NCBI RefSeq assembly: GCF_006345805.1
Contig: NW_021832712.1
Location: 1-64,000, forward strand
Source: Octopus sinensis
Lineage: Eukaryota
DNA length: 64,000 bases
Reading direction: 5' to 3'
Shown here: positions 27,346-39,786 of the stretch, in pieces
Numbering within the stretch: position 1 is the stretch's first letter
Layout of the letters: the number at the start of each line of letters is the position of its first letter
The notes under the pieces: model-generated
The model's input: the letters and a program-made list of their open reading frames with translations, nothing else
The model's database searches: none
Told to the model about the DNA's origin: nothing
Position numbers and translations under genes: made by a program

Positions 27346-28411
27346 ATAAATATCAAAGATAAAGAATCAATTAATTCAGAATAATGAGCGAAATTCTTCC
27401 GAATTAAATTAATTTTTTAACATACTTAAGAATAAGGCATAATTATTAATTAACACGTCTTTTTAAGCTGCTCTTCAGCTTGCAGGTCCCTTGTCACAAG
27501 GTCTAGCTACGACTACTAAAAGTTGAGAGTCTTCCTGGCTACTTTATCAATTCAAACGTCACATAATGCGGGGTTTTTGATTTTCAAATTATTGACTTCA
27601 ATTCACCCCACTTAAAAAATTTATAAAAATCAAAAGAAAATAACCTGATAATAGAATTAAATTTTTCATAAATTTTTTAATATTTTTTCAGTTACAAATG
27701 GACTAGTTCGCCAGGCGATTTTTTGATTAAATGAATTTTCAATCAATAACGTATTTTATTAAATTCTACACTTTTTTTAGGTTTTCCTTTTAAAAACAAA
27801 AATTTTTATTTGTTCTTTTAAATTAAAAAATCGCGAATTTTTATTGTTGAAATTTTTAATAAAAGTCAGGTTTTTTAGACGAGTTTCGTGTATATATTTG
27901 AATAAATTATCATTCTTTTCATTACTTCTGTGTATAGTTTTGGAAAAATTTTTAATTTTTTTAAATAACGTAGAAGGGGCATTATCCAAACCTAGCAATT
28001 ATCCAACTTGTGACAAATAAATATTCAAAATTCAATTTTATATCAAAAGTAGAATTGACATTTTAGCACTTAAATTCCCCTAATGATCGTTTATTTCAAT
28101 ATTACAGTTTGGGAATTTTCTAAAATCTTGATAATGACTAAAATTTGAATTTCTTTAGAGTTTTACTTAAAATCTCTAAAAGGTTCAAAAAGCAGTTATT
28201 CCGAGCCTTACCTGTCATTTTTCATCTAATACAGTTGAAATATCCTTTCTGCACTAGTTATAAATTACGGCTTTAATATCTTCCCCATTTAAACATTCTA
28301 TAATCAGAAAATTTCAAGATGGCTTTTATAAATAAAGTTTTAATAAATACAGAAATGACCAAAGAATAAAATTACCATTAACCAAAAACCGTTTATTTAA
28401 AAAAGCAACAC

Positions 28412-30238
28412 TTAATTAGTCCCTCCATTCGATTCAAAATTTCCAACATCCTTTCTTTCATAAATCTAAATAACTAAACCCAATGAGTTTAGAAACCTGT
28501 ATAAGCGACTCTGTCAGTGTGATCATTTGAGACAAAACTTCTTGAACATGCAAGTCCTGCATTTCAAACCACCTCCCAGTGCCCTTAAAAATGGACTTTA
28601 TCCAAATACTTTATGAAGAATTTGGGTTCTATAAGTCCCTCCTTCACAACTTCCATCATGTACTATATTTGCTACAAGGTTATAAATAGTGCATGGGTAA
28701 TTCTGTCGTTCAGAAGGTATCAAACACTCCCCAAAATCGACATTTCTAAAATTAAGTAAAAAGATACTAACTCTGTAGGGAAATTAACAATCGTGGGATT
28801 CTTTTCTGTTCTAAAAAAATTTGTGGTAATTCTCTAAGATTTAAAGAATTCATTTTATACCAACCTTCACATGTATAATAATATATGGAGGTAGTGTTAA
28901 TAACTGGTATCGTTTAACAAAATTATCTTTATATGTCTTGCACTGGTGTTCTCGAATGCCATTAAATTTTTCCAACAAAGTTTGTAACGGGACCTAATAA
29001 ATGGATTTTACAAATTTAAAAAGCGCGTAATTAGAAAGATTAAACCTGTGGAATAATCGTTTCCTTGTGGGCATCAGGGTACAACGGGGCTGGTGGGAGG
29101 TCGCACGGTAAAAAATAATATTTAACATCTTCACTGGTCTCTTGATATACCTCAGAACTCATTAAAATCCTTCTATCCTTTTCATTCTTAGAGATAAATT
29201 TTATTTTCAAAAACCATTGAAATCGGAAGCATTTTTCTGGTGTAAACTCTCATTTTACCACAAAATGTCTTGCTTACAACGCTACTGTTAGATTTATCCT
29301 TTCCCTTTAAAGCCAAGTGCAACCCATTTAACAGCCATGATAGAAATTCAACACAATCTCCTAAAAAATTAACGTTAATACAATAAAAACCTTGTTTTAT
29401 TATTTGAAATCGTTTGTTGCTTAGGAGAACTACAGCTTGGAGAATCTCATGTGGACTTACATGAGTACGAAAATTTCCAGGGTTCCACAACTTTCTCAAA
29501 AATTCGCCAAATCTGGTTATTAATAACCCACGATGATATTTTGAAGTCGAAACAATTTGATTGTAGTTTTCCTTTCTTAAAAAATAGTTTCTAATTGGAA
29601 CTACATGTGATAAAACCTAAAAATAATATTTTAATAATAATTTTTATACAAGTAGTACGACATTTGAATAGTCGTTTTCCTTAATATTATTTACTCCAAC
29701 AATTCCTGGAAAATGTTAAAAATATTAGAACCTGGATAATAAAGAGAGCCATCATAAGCTCTAATGCGGTCTTGTATTCGGTCAAGATTTTTAACCTGTT
29801 CTGCTGTGTAGGTTGGATCTAACAAATACTGGACGGTAATTTAATCGACAGTACAATTATGTCGTCCAAAGAAGAATCGACAATTTCGTAGTCTTCAGGT
29901 AAGCAATAAAACTTTTTCTTTTCTAAGTTGAGAAAGACATGATGATCTGTTTGTAGGCAGTGAATGTTTGCATAAGATTTTAAGCCACGGCCTTGAAAAT
30001 ATTTGCCACATACAAGGCACGCGTAGACATTCATATGACTGAGAGATACAGAGCATAATTTTTCAAAGTCAAAGTCCAGTACATTTCTTGATTTTTAATA
30101 ATTTTTGAATTACCTAGATATTGTATCTAAGTATGGACATTTTATTTTTTCAATTTTTTGTCGTTTTGGATTACTGGAAACTACATTCAAAGGTAATTTT
30201 AATTGAATTTACCTACATGAATCAACGTCAACTTGCAT
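28412..30238 (-). CDS. USP39: U4/U6.U5 tri-snRNP-associated protein 2 (USP39/Sad1)
   Basis: CPYLDTISRNVLDFDFEKLCSVSLSHMNVYACLVCGKYFQGRG, RKLWNPGNFRTHVSPHEILQAV, QGDCVEFLSWLLN, WFEMQDLHVQEVLSQMITLTESLIQ. Confidence 0.95.
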
Positions 30239-30649
30239 TGATTTATTAATTTTAAAATATAATTTAATTTTTTTTCTATTTCCGATTTATCAAAAAATGT
30301 ATTATGTTAGTAAAATTTTATTATAAAAAACAAAATATTTTTTGTATTCTCAAAAATTATGTTTTGAACTTTTCAGATCCCCTTTGAAAATTTTAATTTC
30401 AATACGACAGGTATAGCATTTAATTAACAAAACTGTATAATATAGAACAAAACGAAAAAATATGCAATTGATAGATTCTTGGAATTAAAAATTGTCTTTG
30501 GTTTTTTCTTAGCAAACAAACAGTGTTCAGTTTTCTCCCTATATAGTTTACAGTTTGTTTATTTGATGGATGGAAATTTACTCAATCTTATAGTTCAATT
30601 GGTTTATCGACCAAATCAAAAGGCTTAACACTAAAAGATCAACAATAAT

Positions 30650-31080
30650 TTTATGACAAGAGGAAAAGGGAAATTCATTTAATCAAAGTGGGAGTTACCT
30701 CGCAAGTCCGTTTAAAGCAAGTTGAAGTGGAGAAATTTCACAAATACGACCTCCTTGCAAACGAACTGTCGGTTCTCTATGAAGCAAAAGCGAAGATTAT
30801 TCCAATTGTCTTGACATGAGTTGGAGTTGTCTCAAAGTTCTTTAAAAGTCATATGGACAAGTTAACCATTAAAGAAGGAACGAGGACATACATCCAGTCT
30901 GTTGTGCTGAAGAGGACGCTAAAGAGTATGCTTATCGAGCACAGACATGGGATTAAGGTAGACAACGAGGAGTAGGCCTCTGCCGCCAATCAACTTGCGG
31001 AGCTGGAATGTCATGAGGACACTCAATTGAATAAATTCATTGACGCAGAAATAGAGAATGAAAGAAAGTTTATGGAAAAC
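30650..31080 (+). mobile_element. R4/NeSL-like RLE non-LTR 3' remnant
   Basis: YDKRKREIHLIKVGVTSQ..LKQVEVEKFHKYDLLANEL...IIPIVLT*.GVVSKF...YIQSVVLKRT. Confidence 0.7.
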
Positions 31081-31297
31081 TCTTCTTCCAAGCGAAGAAG
31101 AGAAATCACTGAAGATCTAGAATCTAGATTCTAGATTCTTGATTAGCTAGTTTCACGTGATTGTTTTTTTTGTTACATGTTCCGTTTTTAAAAAAAAACA
31201 AAAGCGCGTATATTCAATAATAGCACTAAAATGATTTACTTTATCCAACATATTTTTACGTAGTTTTTAAGCACCAAAAAGATATACTTTATCAAAC

Positions 31298-32200
31298 ATG
31301 TCTAAGAAAACACACATGGCCACTATCAAGGAATTCCTATGCAGAAAGTACCAATTTTCAACACCGGAGAGCCTCAAACTGAACGTTCTAAAAGATCTGC
31401 AAGGAAAGCACTTAATTGAACAGATCGAAAAAAAACCGCTTCACTCGATTTTATTTAATTGCTATGATGATTTGGACGTGGATCTGAAGGAATCGTTCTG
31501 GTGGTTATCTCATGGGAACAACTCTCCAATGTCGGAGGGAATGCTGTGCATGGTTTAGGACCGCAACTTATTCTTTGAGAACAGTGGTACTATTTGCAAC
31601 TATTGCAAAACCGCTAAAAAGACTGTGGATCATCTTGCTACAAGATGTAGCAGAATGTTGAACAGCGATTACCTGCGTCACCACAATGAGGTGGTAAGGT
31701 GCATTTACTTGCAAAAAATATGGGATAAAAAAGTCTAGGAAGTTGAAGACCCACTCCGTTCAGTCGACTGTCTCTATTGAGATGGTCGAAATACGAGTGG
31801 ACACAACGATCAAGACAAATATTAAAGTTAATAATAATAAACCGGACATTTTTGTCTACGACAAAGTTCGGAACATTATTACAAAGTTGGGATTACTTCT
31901 CAACAATTTTTAAAGCATGTGGAAGTCAAGAAATTACATAAATACGATCTCTTGGAAAGCGAATTGAAGTTAATCCACAATACAAATGTGAACGTCGTAC
32001 CACTGGTTCTCACATGAGATGGAATAACATCCAAATTTTACAAGAACTACCAAAACTCCCTACAAATTCAAGATTCAACACATGCTTATGTTCAGACGAT
32101 CGTGATTAAAAAAACACGTAAGAGCATGCGTCCGGATTACAAACTCTTACCTAGGGCGGCGAATCATGCAATCAATGAACGACTAAGTGAAGGAAGCAGC
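31298..32200 (+). mobile_element. R4/NeSL-like RLE non-LTR remnant (CCHC finger plus PD..D endonuclease)
   Basis: WWLSHGNNSPMSEG...DRNLF...CNYCKTAKKTVDHLATRC...HHNEVVRCI...EIRVDTTIKTNIKVNNNKPDIFVYDK. Stops and frameshifts are present. A smaller piece lies at 33180-33330. Confidence 0.75.
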
Positions 32201-33439
32201 CACCAAAATGAACGATGAACGACTAAGTGAAGGAAGAAGATTCCAGATTATTTATCTCTGCAGATATTTCTCTCTTTTTTGTCTGTCTTCTCATCCGTCT
32301 CCTCATACATCTCTTCTTTAGGATCCTATAAACGTCCACGCTTCCTTAATCCACTGAAACCATCTTTTTTTCCCATCTCTGCTTTATCTGTTACTTGAAG
32401 AGACAGTTGCACGAGACGTCCATGACTTGGAGTCTGTTGACCATTTGTCCCTATCTCCATTTTACTTTCTAGCTTATTAATGCAGGATTGTGCTGTTTGT
32501 GAGGCTTGACGATCTTTAATATGCGTGTATTTTGAATTCAAAGTTGGAAATTCCACAGTGAGTTTTACAATGTTTTTTTGATCGAAAATTTGTTATTTAT
32601 TTTAGTTATTGATTATAACAAGCATCCCATCTATTGGAATTAATTGTATAGCAAAAATTTGCGTGTTATAAACGAGAAAATACGCTATGTGTCGTAAATA
32701 CGCATTTTCGCAAAGTTTTCTCATCTGATCATTTTGAGGATTGAGCAAGTAACTGTAAAAAGTTTTCTATAAACTATTAGGCTTGCATCTAAATTGGAAG
32801 TTAATTCAAACTGAGTCTATGAGTTACCAGTAAAAGATTGGTCTAAATCAAGTAAAAAATATCTGAGAACAATTAGCATAAGTTTAACATCTTTTTCATT
32901 TGACGTGCCGATCGTAATAGATACAAAACGGGCCGTTCAGTTGCCAATCCGACTTTGGGTAGCACGGGCTTTTAGCAACTTAATCGCATAAGCCTATCAT
33001 CAGTAAATATGAGCCGTAAATTTTTACTTTCAAAAATTCCCCGTCCTCTCGTCTTGTGGATACAATACTTCTTCACGAACAAATCGTCCCGTAACAAGAA
33101 AAATTTTACGAGTGTCAAAAAAAGATTAATTCAAAGAATTTAAAATACAGTTAAGAACCAAATGTTGATATTGGGAGTACAACTTATGGCTAACTAATGG
33201 AAAAAATGGTCCAAGGACCGAGGCACTATAATGCTTGGTTCAGGATTGCAATTTGTTTTTTACGAGTACATGATGTAACAGAATGCTTAATGGGTCATAC
33301 AAGACATAATGAAATTGTTGGGTGTATAAATTCCCACGGCTCTACGGAATGACTGCATATACATTAAGATATATGTCCACAATATGGAATAAAGAAAACC
33401 AAGGCACATACAGTTCAGTCGATCGTGACAAATAGTCGT

Positions 33440-34031
33440 GGTTAAATAATAGTAAACACGACGTTACAAACTGACAGTCAAATTGACCTTCCAAAGAAGT
33501 CGGCTTTCTTACAAGAAAAAGAGGAGTCGAGACGTGGTCAGTCAACGGAGTAGCTATCCTATTAATCACTTCGGGCAATATCATAAAATACTGAAAAAAA
33601 TTGTTTATGACTATAACATGGCCGTACATGAAACAACTCGACATAAACCTTTTGAGGTGTTCATGCGTGTTGGACATAAGGATTCAAAAAGTGCGGATCT
33701 AATTGAAGCGCTTTATCAATTCGAGGGAGATGACGAAAACGAGGAAATAGATTATAAAGTCATTGAAAATCTCAAAAAAGCGGGAGAAAAAATGAGTAAA
33801 AAAAGAAGATGGAAATTTGACGAAGAAGATATTGAAGTGGAAGACTCAGTAATTTTGAGAAACGACATCGATGCAAACAACAGAAAGTTCCCGTTATATG
33901 ACGGAATATCTGCCAAAAAATATACCGTCACGGAAAAAAATGGTTATTTTTGTTCTATCAAAGATGAAGAAACCAACGAAGAACTTAAAAATATACACAT
34001 GTCAAGATTATCGAAATTAAAAACTTACTGA
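33440..34031 (+). mobile_element. Ginger2/TDD-like integrase 3' fragment
   Basis: IVYDYNMAVHETTRHKPFEVF...ENLKKAGEKMSKKRRWK...IEVEDSVILRNDID..NRKFPLYD...IHMSRLSKL, paralogous to 40043..40543. Confidence 0.75.
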
Positions 34032-34809
34032 TTTGTTGATTTAAAAAAAAATAAAACTGAGCATTTTTTGGTTACTTTACGGGGGAATCCCGCATAGGGA
34101 TATTTTTAAAGCCAATCAGTTGAGTTTTTTAAAAAAATTTAGTATCCATAAAAAAGTTTAGTATTTAGTTTAGTATATGTTATATTTATTACATAGTATT
34201 AAGATTAATAAATGTTAGTCTTGTTTTTAATTATATTATTTATGAGTTTAAATTTGTAAATAATAATGGTATCAGCCTAAAAACTGAATACAAATATGTT
34301 TAAACCATTGTAAATATGTTTAAACCATTACGTTGCGTCGTAAAATATGGGATGTTTGTTTTTCACTGGGGAAAAAGTGAAATAAAGTTGAGCAAAAAAT
34401 GTATATTTGAGTGTTTTAATAAATATTTTAGTGTACAATTTTAATTTTAAAAAAAATTTAAAAAATTTTTTATGGTTCCGCCTCCGGCGTGGTTCCGTCT
34501 CTTACCTGTGACATATACTGTTTATTTTTAGGATAGCACTACGTCCCATAGTACTTTGCTTATTGATTTTCAAGACTGTCAGCATTCCAATTAATTAGGC
34601 ATCGCAGGAAGACAACGTCCTAGTGAAACGAAAAATATTCAATTTACCTGAAATTTAAACATTTTCCGTTATTTTTATTGATTACAAAACCCTAAATATG
34701 TAACGAACTAAAATTTCATCAGCCATTTGCTAGACACGTGAACAAGCGCAATATAACAACTATAAAAGCCAAGTCCTTAATATTAATCGACATGTTATTC
34801 GGTCGTATA

Positions 34810-35685
34810 CAGTAAACCAAAATAAAAAACGAACACTACATTTTTCCTAAAATTTCCAAGAAACGAATCAAAAAAAATATCTAAAGAGAATTTTAACAAT
34901 ATATAAACAATAACTAATATTTGTATTTTTGCAAAAAAAAATATTTACCGCCTTTTTACGGCAAAAGTATAATCTGAACCAAAATAAAAAACAAACAAAA
35001 TTTTTTATTTGTAAATGTTATTAAATATATGATTTTTTTAAAAAATTATTAATATTTTGCACGCTATATTAACTTATTATGGCCAGACAATTGAGTTTTG
35101 AAGAAAAGGGAACAATTATCGGTATTTACAAATGCGGAAAGACGTATCGCGAAATACAACGTATAACTAAAAGATCACTTGATACCATATCAAAAACAAT
35201 TCGAAAATATAAACAAAATATTCCATGCACAAGAAAATATGGTTCTGGTCGTCCCCGGCTCCTAAATGAAGAAGATTTTAAAAAAATCAATAAGGCAAGG
35301 ATTGAAGATCCAAATTTTAATTGCGTAAAATATGCGAAGGCACTGAAAGAAGAAACTGGGAAAAATGTAACACCTGAAAAAATCAGAAATACACTAAAAC
35401 AAAGAGGTTTCAAAGCATTTCCGCCTACTAAAAGACCACATCTTACTAAAAAACACAAAGAACGAAGAATGGAAATCTGTCAAAGATGGAATATGCTACC
35501 ATCTACTTATTGGAATCACGTTATATTCAACGACGAATGCAAATTCAACTTAGTAAACAACGACGGACGGAGATTTGTATGGAGACAACAATCCGAAAAG
35601 TTTGTTCTATTTAGATATTTTTTTTGATTCGTTTCTTGGAAATTTTAGGAAAAATGTAGTGTTCGTTTTTTATTTTGGTTTACTG
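34810..35685 (+). mobile_element. Internally deleted Tc1-like transposon
   Basis: ~80-bp TIRs (CAGTAAACCAAAATAAAAAACGAACAC...) with TA flanks. ORF 35079..35627 has the HTH domains and FNDECKFNL, then breaks off into the right TIR. Confidence 0.9.
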
Positions 35686-35699
35686 TATAGAAAACCTCA

Positions 35700-36620
35700 C
35701 GGTTTTAGATCGAGATGTAATCGTGGCTGTAAAATGCCTTTTCTTAATGAACAAGTTCATAAATAATCGATTGGATTCCTATTTTTGTAATAACAATTTT
35801 GTTCATCCAAATATCTCAAAAAAGGTAGAACAAATTATTTTTACTTCCAGACTGAGAAATGTCCGCAGTCTAATAACAACTTCAGCATAGAGAGCATATT
35901 GGGAACTAATTCTAACATTCCCTCCGTGTACTCTTCCAATAGTGACCCACTCAATCTCCTCTTTTTGGCTTCTATTGAACCCAAAATAGTCAACCAAGGA
36001 AACCAAAGTATAGACAAAACTCAGGAAGAAAATATAAGAGTTATATTTCCGAGTCAACACTGTGCAGAAAATAAAACCAAAACTCTGGCCTCCCGTGTTA
36101 GATGATAATGTTTATCAAGAAAGTCATTACCAAATGGAAAATCAGTATAAATTTGCAAAACAGAACACTGAGAAAAGTTAAAATCAATAGAGGTATATTG
36201 CAAGGAGATTCTCTCTCACCTATGATCGTTGTGCTGTTGATGGAAAATTCCCGAAAGTAATGATGGGAAATTCAGACATGGACAATATAAAGCTGTTTTC
36301 GCGTCACAATGACGTAATGGAAATGATGGTAAAAGTTGATTCGTTTTTTGACCTAGCTGGATTGGAAAGAAACGTTGAAAAATCTGCGACGAATGTCAAG
36401 TCTTTTCCATGAAAACTTGGTTACTCAAGAATTCTCAATTATAAAAAAAACTCCGGATGGTATTCTAATTTCAGAATATAGGCTAAAAATGTTGGAACAA
36501 ATTGCAGGAGACGCAAAAAAGGTTTTCACACCACAAATATTAATTCGATTTTTTAACCGGGTTGAAAAGTATTATCCCCGAGTTACTCGTGGTGAGGACC
36601 TTTATGATTTTTGATTTACC
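35700..36620 (+). mobile_element. Degenerate non-LTR reverse transcriptase region
   Basis: RGILQGDSLSP at ~36190 and MDNIKLF...FFDLAGLERNVEKSAT. Likely the same family as 31298-32200. Confidence 0.65.
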
Positions 36621-36639
36621 AAATAATATTTGTTCTGTT

Positions 36640-36960
36640 TCCCATAACATGATTACAATTAGTATATACAATATTTTGATGAGATGCAAACTTTAATTTC
36701 AAAATTGTAAACTTGAAATTTTCAATTGCAATTAGAAGTTCTAGCCAATTGTTGCATATGTACATTTGGTGTCAATATGTACAGTTATTGTGGCAGTCAT
36801 CAACTGTTTGAGCATCAAGGCCTCTACTGTGCTTCAAAATATTAGAAGTTTGTAATTGGCAAATTGAATTATGAGATGACATTTGAGTTTGTAATTGACA
36901 AATTGATTTTTGAAAATGACATTTGAAGTTTGTAATTGTACATTTCAAGTTCAAATAGTT
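36640..36960. repeat. Degenerate ~35-40 bp tandem repeats
   Basis: Recurrent GA(A)GTTTGTAATTG(G/A)CAAATTGA...ATGACATTT. Confidence 0.55.
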
Positions 36961-37959
36961 CAGATTCTTGTGGTGCATGTCGTTGGAACGAAATTCTCTA
37001 TCAATTTGTGGAAATACGGACTGCTCTACCGAAATATCAGATCATAACCCTTTATAAACGGTTGAGGACTCGGTCGACACAGTTGGTGGAGCGATGCGTC
37101 ATGAAAGCCAGAGGATCCATTCTCTCCGAGGTCTTCTCTCTTCTATCTGGAAGAGTGATCAATCACAATGGGGGCATGCAGTTCTGGAGTCTGTGAAGAG
37201 TCGGTTCAAACGTGTTCCAAGAGGCGGATGGTCTATTATTCTTGATGAGTTTGCTTCCAAGTTCCGTGAAAGAGCCTCCATTACTGCTTTTAAAAAATTG
37301 GCATCTCTTGTTTCGAGTTATACATTATCTGAAATAAAACTTTGTATCTCAAAAATCGGCAAATAACAGAATTTACCCAATAATAGAATAAGTAATTTGT
37401 AGTAAGAATTTGAACGTAAATATTTATTGGATATCTTCGATTGTCCCCATTCAATTCATATGAAATAAGGTACATACGTAATTATTTAATGATTTCAAAA
37501 ATATAACAGAATAAATAAGAAGCTCAAAATACGCTACGTTAAGTCGTTTGTAGTAAGGGAATCCGAAATATGAAAATGTTTGATTTATGTTGAGATAGCG
37601 ATAATGTGAATGATTTAAATGAAATAAAAATATATATCCAAAAAGTATTAAATAGTTAAGATGAAAGAAAGATTAAATTATTGTCGAAATATCACCAAAT
37701 TAATTACAAAATGTCGAATATTATACGAAATTATGTAATTCAACAATATATTTAACCAATTTTAATACAAATATTAACTATTAATGTAAGAAAATATAAT
37801 TTGACTAAAAAGTTTAAACAACAACAAAATAAATTATTTGCAGTAACGTGCTTATCTTATTACATCAGAATTTCAAAATAAAATTAACTATACTAAAACA
37901 AATTTTTATTAAAATATAATTAAATTTTTTTTGAAAGTATAAATAATAATCTGTCTTCT

Positions 37960-38100
37960 CTCCGGCAACCAGACCGCAGGCCGCTCGCCTCGCCCCGGAG
38001 CAATCAACGATGTAATCTCAAGAGCACTCAATGCTGCTGGCTTCCCCAATTTGCTAGAACCCGTCAGATTGAACAGAGGGGACGGCAAACGCCTCAATTG
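37960..38100 (+). mobile_element. CRE-like fragment
   Basis: [32 protein letters not shown]. Confidence 0.7.
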
Positions 38101-38289
38101 AATGACTACCTCCCATTTCGCATTGATTTATTAATTTTAACCGATTTATCCAAAAATATATCAAAGATATTTTTTTAATTTTTTTTCCGGAAGAATAATG
38201 TCCAATTACCTCTTTGGAAAAATCTGATAAATAAATTTTAGAATTACGGTTCATTTATAGAACAAATCAGCAACACAAAAATCCAATTA

Positions 38290-38354
38290 ATTATGTTCTC
38301 CAAAACGCGATGGCCCCCACCCTCCGGGGTCTGCTCCATTTAGGGGTCTGACTG
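38290..38354 (-). mobile_element. Solo Tc1/pogo-type terminal repeat
   Basis: Minus strand TA|CAGTCAGACCCC...GGAGCAGACCCCGGAGGGTGG, similar to TA|CAGTACAACC...GGGGCAGACCTCAGGGGTGG at 49642. Confidence 0.4.
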
Positions 38355-39786
38355 TATTTCAAAGGGTAAAAAAAGAAAAGGGAAATATGTGAAGTGCCAT
38401 TATTTATCACTTTAAATACTTGAGAATTAATTTGCTAATAAAAAAACTGAACGATAACAAAAAACATTAAAAAATTAGTTGAGAATGTTAGTTAGATTAT
38501 TCAGCTCCTCCAGTGTTTTGTGCTTTTCCGATTCAAGATATTTTTCGTAGTTAAGTGCTTCATGAAGTAGATTTTTCAACGAATATGCACAGTCAGATTC
38601 TAATTGCACTCGATCACTAAATATTATTTTCACATAATTTTATACTTAATCAGCTGAAACCAGTGTTTGCTGAAATTGTTAATTTCTTGTTCAATCTCAT
38701 CTAATTTTAATACATATATGAATTTTAACCTGTATTTATACATCTTGATTTTGATTCTTTACTATTAAATATTTTAAAAACCTATAAATAATACCAATCA
38801 CTGATCATTGTCATTTCATCATCAGCAACATAGCCATCGTCCATTTTTAAATTATTTGGCAGATAAAAATAATTTTATTAAGTTAAAAAACACATATTTT
38901 TAAAAAGATTTTAATTAAATTAATCTTAGATTCATGAATACGTCACATCCAAGGATATATGACTTTGGAAGCCAAAAAACTTATTAATTGTTCTCCTCTA
39001 ATTTACGAGTCAATTAGCTTTATACACAGAGATCTGCATTCAATTTTGTCAATTCTTGTATCAGCATCACGACTTTCTTCACAATAAACTTTTGACTGGG
39101 AATTCCAAGTCTTCCGAAAAGCCTATTGACAAAGAATAAAATTCAGAATTAAGCCATGTGGGCAAAAAAGTCTTTTCCTATTGGTTTTGAGACATGCTGT
39201 GTTTAAGAACTTTCTGCGTAAATTTTAATTGAGCAGGTTGTGGAAATAATTTAGAGGGTTACAGAATATTCACGTGAAAATTGGCTAAAACGCAAAGGAC
39301 TCAGTGCACAAACAAAGAAAGTTTCGATAGTTATAGTAAGATGTGAATTTTTTTGCTTGTTTGAGGCAAAAACATCCTCATTTATTTACTTTTTAAACTT
39401 TTTCAAAATGAAAAGACAAAAACGTGAAATTAATCACACAGAAACAATTCATGCCTATTTAAAAAAATACATAAAAATGACCCTCGCAAATTAGGCAGTT
39501 TTGTTTCATAGAATTTCGTGACAAATTTGTAGAATGGCCAATATGAATAAATAAAATCTATAATTTTGAAAATATAGATCTATTCATCCAAGCTCTCTGT
39601 GAGCAAAGGACCATAGTCATACTTTCCAAAACGTCGAGGCATTTTGAGTCTTAAAATCATTACTGCTTTCAACTTATAATTTCCACTCATGCTTGAGCAT
39701 AGAATAAGTGTGAAATGGTCTTTAAAATTTTTGTAACCTTGAAAACGGTTTTTACATATGCTTTTTAATGAAATGAGCTTATAGTA

